Virus record (IMG/VR): IMGVR_UViG_2693429676_000014
Span: 1 to 5,226 of that record
Source: a virus
Taxonomy: Duplodnaviria; Heunggongvirae; Uroviricota; Caudoviricetes
Strand: one strand, 5' to 3'
DNA: 5,226 bases
Within the stretch, counting starts at the first letter, position 1. Each line of letters begins with the position of its first letter. Under the pieces are notes generated by a model. It did no database searches, had not been told where the DNA came from, and was given only the letters and a program-made list of their open reading frames with translations. This document shows, piece by piece, positions 1-5,226 of this stretch. The position numbers and the translations under genes are program-made.

Positions 1-1170
<1,170 letters not shown>

Positions 1171-1206
1171 TGGAGCACCTGTGTTGTTCTGAGGTGAGCA
1201 TATCAC

Positions 1207-1242
1207 CTCTGTTCAGGTGGCCAAATTCAGTGTGCCACTTCA
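1207..1242. repeat. IS911 left terminal inverted repeat (~36 bp)
   Basis: Reverse complement begins TGAAGTGGCACACTGAATTTGGCCACC. It sits just upstream of the orfA start, and baseplate-gene sequence begins immediately after position 1242. Confidence 0.85.
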
Positions 1243-2609
1243 TTTCTTCACTCTTTTCTGCATCTTCAGGTATCAATTGGCGCGATAATCTTTACGACGC
1301 TTCATTTCGTGGCGTTCCGTTTTCGGTGGAGAGCGACGAGGGTTCGTTCGGACGCCGCGTTCAGGTCCATGAATACCCAAACCGTGACAAACCGTACACG
1401 GAAGATCTCGGGCGTGCCACGCGACGGCTGACGATTAATGCGTATCTCGTTGGTGATGATTACGCAGAGCAGCGCGACAGGCTGATTACAGCGATTGAAA
1501 CCGCCGGGCCGGGGACGCTGATCCATCCGCAGTTCGGTGAAATGCAGGGCTGTATTGACGGGCAGGTGACCGTTTCTCACTCCGGCACTGAAGGCCGTAT
1601 GTGCCGGGTTTCATTTCAGTTTGTTGAGAGCGGGGAACTGTCATTTCCGGTCGCCGGAGCTGCAACCGCCAGAAAACTGGAGGAGTCGTCCGTATTCCTG
1701 GATGAGTTGATTGAAGACATGTTCGGCGATTTTGATCTCGCGGGAATACCGGACTTTATTCAGAACGATGTTATTGCCCGGACGACCGATATGCTGGGAA
1801 CCGTTCAGACAGCTTTCAAAATGGTTAATTCGGCTGTTTCTGCCGGAGCGAGACTACTGCAGGGCGATTTATCCGTCATTCTGATGCCGCCGTCGGTTGC
1901 CAGTGATTTTGTGCATACGTTGCAGGATACCTGGCGGGCCGGAACCCGGCTGGTGGATAACACACAGGATCTGGTGCAGTCCATAACGACAATGTCCGGC
2001 ATTACGCTGGACCCAGGACTGGCACCGCGTGCGGTGTGGCCCACAGATTCCGCATCGGTTATCAGGCAAAAACAGCAGACAAACCTTGTGGCTGCTGTCA
2101 TCCGGACGACGGCAATCAGCGAAGCCACAAGGGCGGTCACTTCACTGCCACAACCCGGAAGCCTGGTGAAAAATCAGCAGGCGGTTGTGGCTGTTGGTGG
2201 TTCCACTGAACGTCAGTCCGATATTATTCACGTTTCTCATCCGGCACTTGACAGCGTGGCAGCCAGCACAGGACAGGATGAGAGAGCGCAACCACCCACG
2301 CGGGAAAATCTCACCATCATACGCGAATCGCTGAACGCGGCGATTGAACAGGAGCTCAGGCGTACGGCGGATGACAGGCTGTTTTTTCAGCTGACGTCAT
2401 TACGTACAGAACTGAACCGGGATATTCAGGCGCGTCTGGTTCAGACGGAGGAAACCGCAGAGCGAACGCCAGCGGAAGTTCTGCCTGCGCTTGTTCTGGC
2501 TGCGTCATGGTACGACGATGCGTCCCGTGAAACTGATATCCTGGATCGAAATGCCATCTCTCATCCGGGCTTTGTTCCGGTCAGGGCATTAAGGGTACCC
2601 GTCAGATGA
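1243..2609 (+). pseudogene. Mu N (gp43)-like DNA circulation protein, 5' end separated from its start by the IS911 insertion
   Basis: The conserved N-terminal motif ...INWRDNLYDASFRGVPFSVESDEGSFGRRVQVHEYPNRDKPYTEDLGRA... (DNA circulation N-terminal domain) begins about 12 codons after the IS end. There is no in-frame ATG, GTG or TTG between the junction (1243) and that motif; the first is a GTG at 1326, inside the conserved region. The ORF-track protein (1170..2609) takes its first 24 residues from IS911 sequence. The frame is otherwise intact to the TGA at 2607..2609. Confidence 0.75.
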
Positions 2610-3682
2610 ATGATACCGTTTTACTTCGGGTTTCCGGTCGCGAATGGGGCGGCTGGACATCCGTCCGTATCAGTGCGGGCATTAACCGTATTGCCCGGGA
2701 TTTTAATGTTGCCATTACCACCCGCTGGCCCGGAAGCCGGGATTATCAACCCCGGATAAAAAATGGTGAGCTGGTTGAAGTGCTTATCGGGGATGAGCCT
2801 GTGCTCACCGGATATGTGGAGGCACTACCGCTTCGTTATGACGCCAGCAGCGTCAGCATGGGAATTGTCGGGCGAAGCAAAACAGCCGATCTGGTTGACT
2901 GCTCTGCTTTGCCACTCCAGCAGAGCGGAAAAAACCTGCTCAGAATAGTCAGTGAACTGGCTGCGCCATTTGGCATCACCGTTGTTGATGCTGGCGTGCC
3001 GCAGACAGCGGTGATTGATGCCCAGCCGGAACACGGCGAAACCGTTGCCGATTGTCTTAACCGGTTACTGGGGCAGGTTCAGACGCTGGCTTATGACGAT
3101 GAATGCGGGCGACTGGTTCTGGGAAAACCCGGAACAGGTAAAGCGGCGACGGCGCTGGTGCTGGGAGAGAATATTCTTTCCTGTGACACGGAAAGAAGCA
3201 TCAGAGAGCGGTTTTCTGAATATCAGGTCAGTGGGCAGCGCCCGGGCAACGACGATGATTTTGGTGAGGCCACCATTGCCGCAATACGTCAGACCATTCA
3301 GGACAGTGGCGTGACCCGTTATCGCCCTTTGTTGATTCAGCAGTCAGGCACAGCAACGACAGCAACCTGTAAGGCCCGTTGTGAATTTGAAGCGCGCCAA
3401 CGGGCTGCGCTTACCCGTGAGACAACATATACGGTTCAGGGCTGGCGGCAGGGCAGTGGCGCGTTATGGCGTCCGGGGTTATCTGTCATCGTTTTCGACC
3501 CGCTGAATAATTTTGATAATGATGAACTGGTGATCGCAGAAGTTACCTATAACCAGGACGACCGGGGCACGACGACTGAATTACGGGTTGGCCCGGCAGA
3601 TGCTTATCTCCCCGAGCCTGTTACCGCCAGGAAGAAAAAAATGTTGAGGAGGATTTCTGATGAACGGGTTTTCTCTTCGTAA
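2606..3682 (+). CDS. Mu P (gp44)-like baseplate hub protein (phage late control gene D family), 358 aa
   Basis: Intact 358-aa ORF. Its ATG overlaps the upstream stop as ATGA (2606..2609), with a weak AAGGG ribosome-binding site 10 nt upstream. Size and position after the N-like gene match the Mu N-P-Q-gp46-gp47 order. Family assignment is from memory. Confidence 0.85.
   Translation: MNDTVLLRVSGREWGGWTSVRISAGINRIARDFNVAITTRWPGSRDYQPRIKNGELVEVLIGDEPVLTGYVEALPLRYDASSVSMGIVGRSKTADLVDCSALPLQQSGKNLLRIVSELAAPFGITVVDAGVPQTAVIDAQPEHGETVADCLNRLLGQVQTLAYDDECGRLVLGKPGTGKAATALVLGENILSCDTERSIRERFSEYQVSGQRPGNDDDFGEATIAAIRQTIQDSGVTRYRPLLIQQSGTATTATCKARCEFEARQRAALTRETTYTVQGWRQGSGALWRPGLSVIVFDPLNNFDNDELVIAEVTYNQDDRGTTTELRVGPADAYLPEPVTARKKKMLRRISDERVFSS
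3646..3652 (+). promoter_or_regulatory. Ribosome-binding site (GAGGAGG) for the gp45-like gene
   Basis: Near-consensus Shine-Dalgarno sequence 7 nt upstream of the ATG at 3660, lying inside the 3' end of the P-like gene. Confidence 0.6.
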
Positions 3683-4193
3683 TCTGATTTCCCGGGCTGT
3701 CATCACGGCGGTGGATTCCGCCAGAAAGTGTCAGTCTGTAGGGTTGAAAATGATAGCCGGAGATCAGAAACAACACGTTGAGCACCTTGAACCTTATGGT
3801 TTTACATCTGCCGCACAGAACGGTGCTGAGGGCGTTGCTTTATTTCCGGCGGGCGATCGTTCTCATGGTGTGGTTGTGGTCGTGGCTGACAGACGTTACC
3901 GGCTGAAAGGACTGAAACGTGGGGAAGTGGCGCTTTATGACGATCTGGGACAGTCCGTTGTCCTGACCCGTTCCGGTATTGTGGTGGACGGGGCCGGGAA
4001 GGCCATAATTTTTAAAAACGCGCCTAAAGCGCGCTTTGAAATGCCAGTCGAATCCACCGCCGATATTACTGACAATTGCGACAGTGGCGGACTCAGCATG
4101 CAGCAAATGCGGCAGGCCTACAATGCCCACAAACATACCGAAAATGGTGATGGTGGCGGGATCACTGACACGCCGGATCAACCGATGGGCTGA
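3660..4193 (+). CDS. Mu gp45 (Q)-like baseplate central spike protein (baseplate assembly protein V family), 177 aa
   Basis: ATG at 3660 with a strong GAGGAGG ribosome-binding site 7 nt upstream, overlapping the last 23 nt of the P-like gene. Motifs typical of the family: RAVITAVD, LEPYGFTS, GEVALYDD. Confidence 0.88.
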   Translation: MNGFSLRNLISRAVITAVDSARKCQSVGLKMIAGDQKQHVEHLEPYGFTSAAQNGAEGVALFPAGDRSHGVVVVVADRRYRLKGLKRGEVALYDDLGQSVVLTRSGIVVDGAGKAIIFKNAPKARFEMPVESTADITDNCDSGGLSMQQMRQAYNAHKHTENGDGGGITDTPDQPMG

Positions 4194-4198
4194 AAATC

Positions 4199-4609
4199 AT
4201 GATGATTAATGTTAACGGGCGACCCGTGTCGACCGGGGCTTCGATCGACCTTCTGACGCGTGCTGTGATTATTTCGCTTTTTACATGGCGGCGTGCCGGG
4301 CGTGATGATGCACCACGGATATTTGGATGGTGGGGGGATACCTGGCCTGCGGTTCAGAATGATCGCACGGGGTCGCGTTTGTATCTGTTGCGACGCAGCA
4401 AGCTGACAAATAAAACCCCGCAGCTTGCCAGAGATTATGTCCGTGAGGCGCTGGCGTGGATGGTGGAGGATGGTGTTGCTTCCCGTCTTGATATTAACGC
4501 TGTCCGGACCGGGACAGACTCGCTGGCACTTGCCATTACCATTTACCAGCGTGACGGCAATATTCACAACATTATTTTTGATGATATCTGGAGTGAACTG
4601 AATGGCTGA
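4199..4609 (+). CDS. Mu gp46-like baseplate protein (phage GP46 family), 136 aa
   Basis: Intact ORF starting 5 nt after the gp45-like stop (ATG at 4199, alternative ATG at 4202) and ending at TGA 4607..4609. Size and position match Mu gp46. No strong ribosome-binding site, so probably translated by coupling or reinitiation. Confidence 0.82.
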   Translation: MMINVNGRPVSTGASIDLLTRAVIISLFTWRRAGRDDAPRIFGWWGDTWPAVQNDRTGSRLYLLRRSKLTNKTPQLARDYVREALAWMVEDGVASRLDINAVRTGTDSLALAITIYQRDGNIHNIIFDDIWSELNG

Positions 4610-5195
4610 CAGTCAGTTTTATCGCCCCGGCCTCCCGCAACTTATTTCTATGATCCGGAGCGATTTATTAACCCGCTTTGAGCAGGATACGCTGCTTCGT
4701 CGTATGGATGCGGAAGTGTATGCCCGTGTACAGGCTGCAGCCGTACACACGTTGTACGGGTATATCGATTATCTTGCCAGAAATCTGTTACCGGACGTGT
4801 GTGATGAAGACTGGCTGTACCGGCACGCCAGAATCAAACGCTGCCCGCGAAAAGAAGCGGTGGCAGCCCGGGGATTTGTGCGCTGGGATGGCGTAGAGGG
4901 GACGCCGGTATTGCCAGCGGGAACGCAGATCCAGCGTGATAATCAGGTGACCTTTACCACGACGGCGACGGTGACCGCAGCCGATGGTCTTCTCCGGGTG
5001 CCTGTTGTGGCAGACGAACCGGGATCGGCGGGGAATACGGATGATGGTATTGCCATGCAACTGGGAACACCCGTCAGTGGTCTGCCGTCCACAGGGTACG
5101 CTGACACCATTACAGACGGTGAAGATATTGAAAATCTGGAAATATGGCGTGCCCGCGTTATGGAACGTTATTACTACATTCCACAGGGGGGCGCA
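4602..5195 (+). pseudogene. Mu gp47 (W)-like baseplate J-family protein, 3'-truncated by an IS1 insertion at 5195/5196
   Basis: Not in the supplied ORF track. Manual translation from ATG 4602 (GGAG ribosome-binding site at 4589..4592, 8-nt ATGGCTGA overlap with the gp46-like stop) gives MADSQFYRPGLPQLISMIRSDLL...AGTQIQRDNQVTFTT...EPGSAGNTDDG...RYYYIPQGGA with no stop. The frame is cut after PQGGA by the IS1 terminus at 5196. Baseplate J assignment is from family-typical motifs (PAGT, AGNTDDG, PQGGA). Confidence 0.8.
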
Positions 5196-5218
5196 GGTAA
5201 TGACTCCAACTTATTGAT
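5196..5218. repeat. IS1 terminal inverted repeat (23 bp, right-end type)
   Basis: GGTAATGACTCCAACTTATTGAT matches the canonical 23-bp IS1 right-end repeat. Confidence 0.8.
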
Positions 5219-5226
5219 AGTGTTTT
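5211..5226 (-). CDS. IS1 transposase InsB (InsAB') extreme C-terminus; last codons plus stop only
   Basis: The reverse complement of the window end reads ...AAA CAC TAT CAA TAA, matching the ...K H Y Q stop ending of IS1 insB as I recall it, with the stop codon (5213..5211) inside the repeat. Too short to confirm independently. Confidence 0.45.

Larger units (their letters stand above)
5196..5226 (-). mobile_element. IS1 (IS1 family) terminus; the element continues beyond the window
   Basis: 5196..5226 reads GGTAATGACTCCAACTTATTGATAGTGTTTT, which I recognise as the IS1 right end read inward (the left end is GGTGATGCTGCCAACTTACTGAT). Only 31 nt are in the window. Confidence 0.85.

Noticed and set aside
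1171-1206. A 112-aa version of orfA starting at 1206 ([12 protein letters not shown] extension)
   Set aside because: It starts at a GTG inside the terminal inverted repeat. IS911 OrfA as I recall it begins MKKRNF at the ATG at 1170, which gives the expected 100-aa protein.
3632-3643. A-rich run AAGAAAAAAATG (seven consecutive A at 3635..3641) near the end of the P-like gene as a possible frameshift site fusing P to the gp45-like protein
   Set aside because: It is not a canonical X XXY YYZ heptamer in the P frame. The -1 frame hits a stop after about 8 codons and the +1 frame hits TGA at 3645..3647, so no fusion can be made. The run simply encodes Lys-Lys-Lys.
1243-5195. Interpreting the baseplate block as a type VI secretion or other non-phage contractile injection system, or as a novel defence island
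   Set aside because: The gene content and order (DNA circulation protein, gpD-like hub, gpV-like spike, gp46, baseplate J) match the Mu baseplate module specifically. No TssB/C, ClpV, VgrG-effector, nuclease, toxin or immunity-like genes are present.
1302-5217. Antisense or out-of-frame ORFs within the baseplate genes (1302..1580 -, 1805..2140 -, 1869..2069 -, 2763..2948 +, 2825..3034 -, 3015..3314 +, 3840..4181 -, 4178..4567 -, 4678..4896 +, 4788..5060 -, 4984..5217 +)
   Set aside because: All are embedded in longer frames with clear phage baseplate motifs on the + strand. None has a recognisable domain or good start context. The 4678..4896 and 4984..5217 ORFs are simply alternative frames of the baseplate J-like gene, which is the real feature there.

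Overview
The window holds a block of five Mu-like phage baseplate genes (homologues of Mu N/gp43, P/gp44, Q/gp45, gp46 and W/gp47, all on the + strand) flanked and cut at both ends by insertion sequences. At the left, an essentially complete IS911-like IS3-family element (1..1242, transposase on the - strand) has intact orfA, orfB and programmed -1 frameshift signals, and abuts the N-like gene, which has no start codon downstream of the junction. At the right, the last 31 nt (5196..5226) match the terminal inverted repeat of IS1, which interrupts the baseplate J-like gene; that reading frame (4602 onward) is absent from the supplied ORF track and was found by manual translation. The three internal genes are intact and tightly overlapped. 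I see no rRNA, tRNA or CRISPR array, and no evidence of a new defence or effector system: the best-supported reading is an IS-eroded Mu-like prophage tail module, typical of IS-rich Escherichia/Shigella genomes (the host assignment is inference). All homology calls come from recalled motifs and family-typical sequences, not from a database search.
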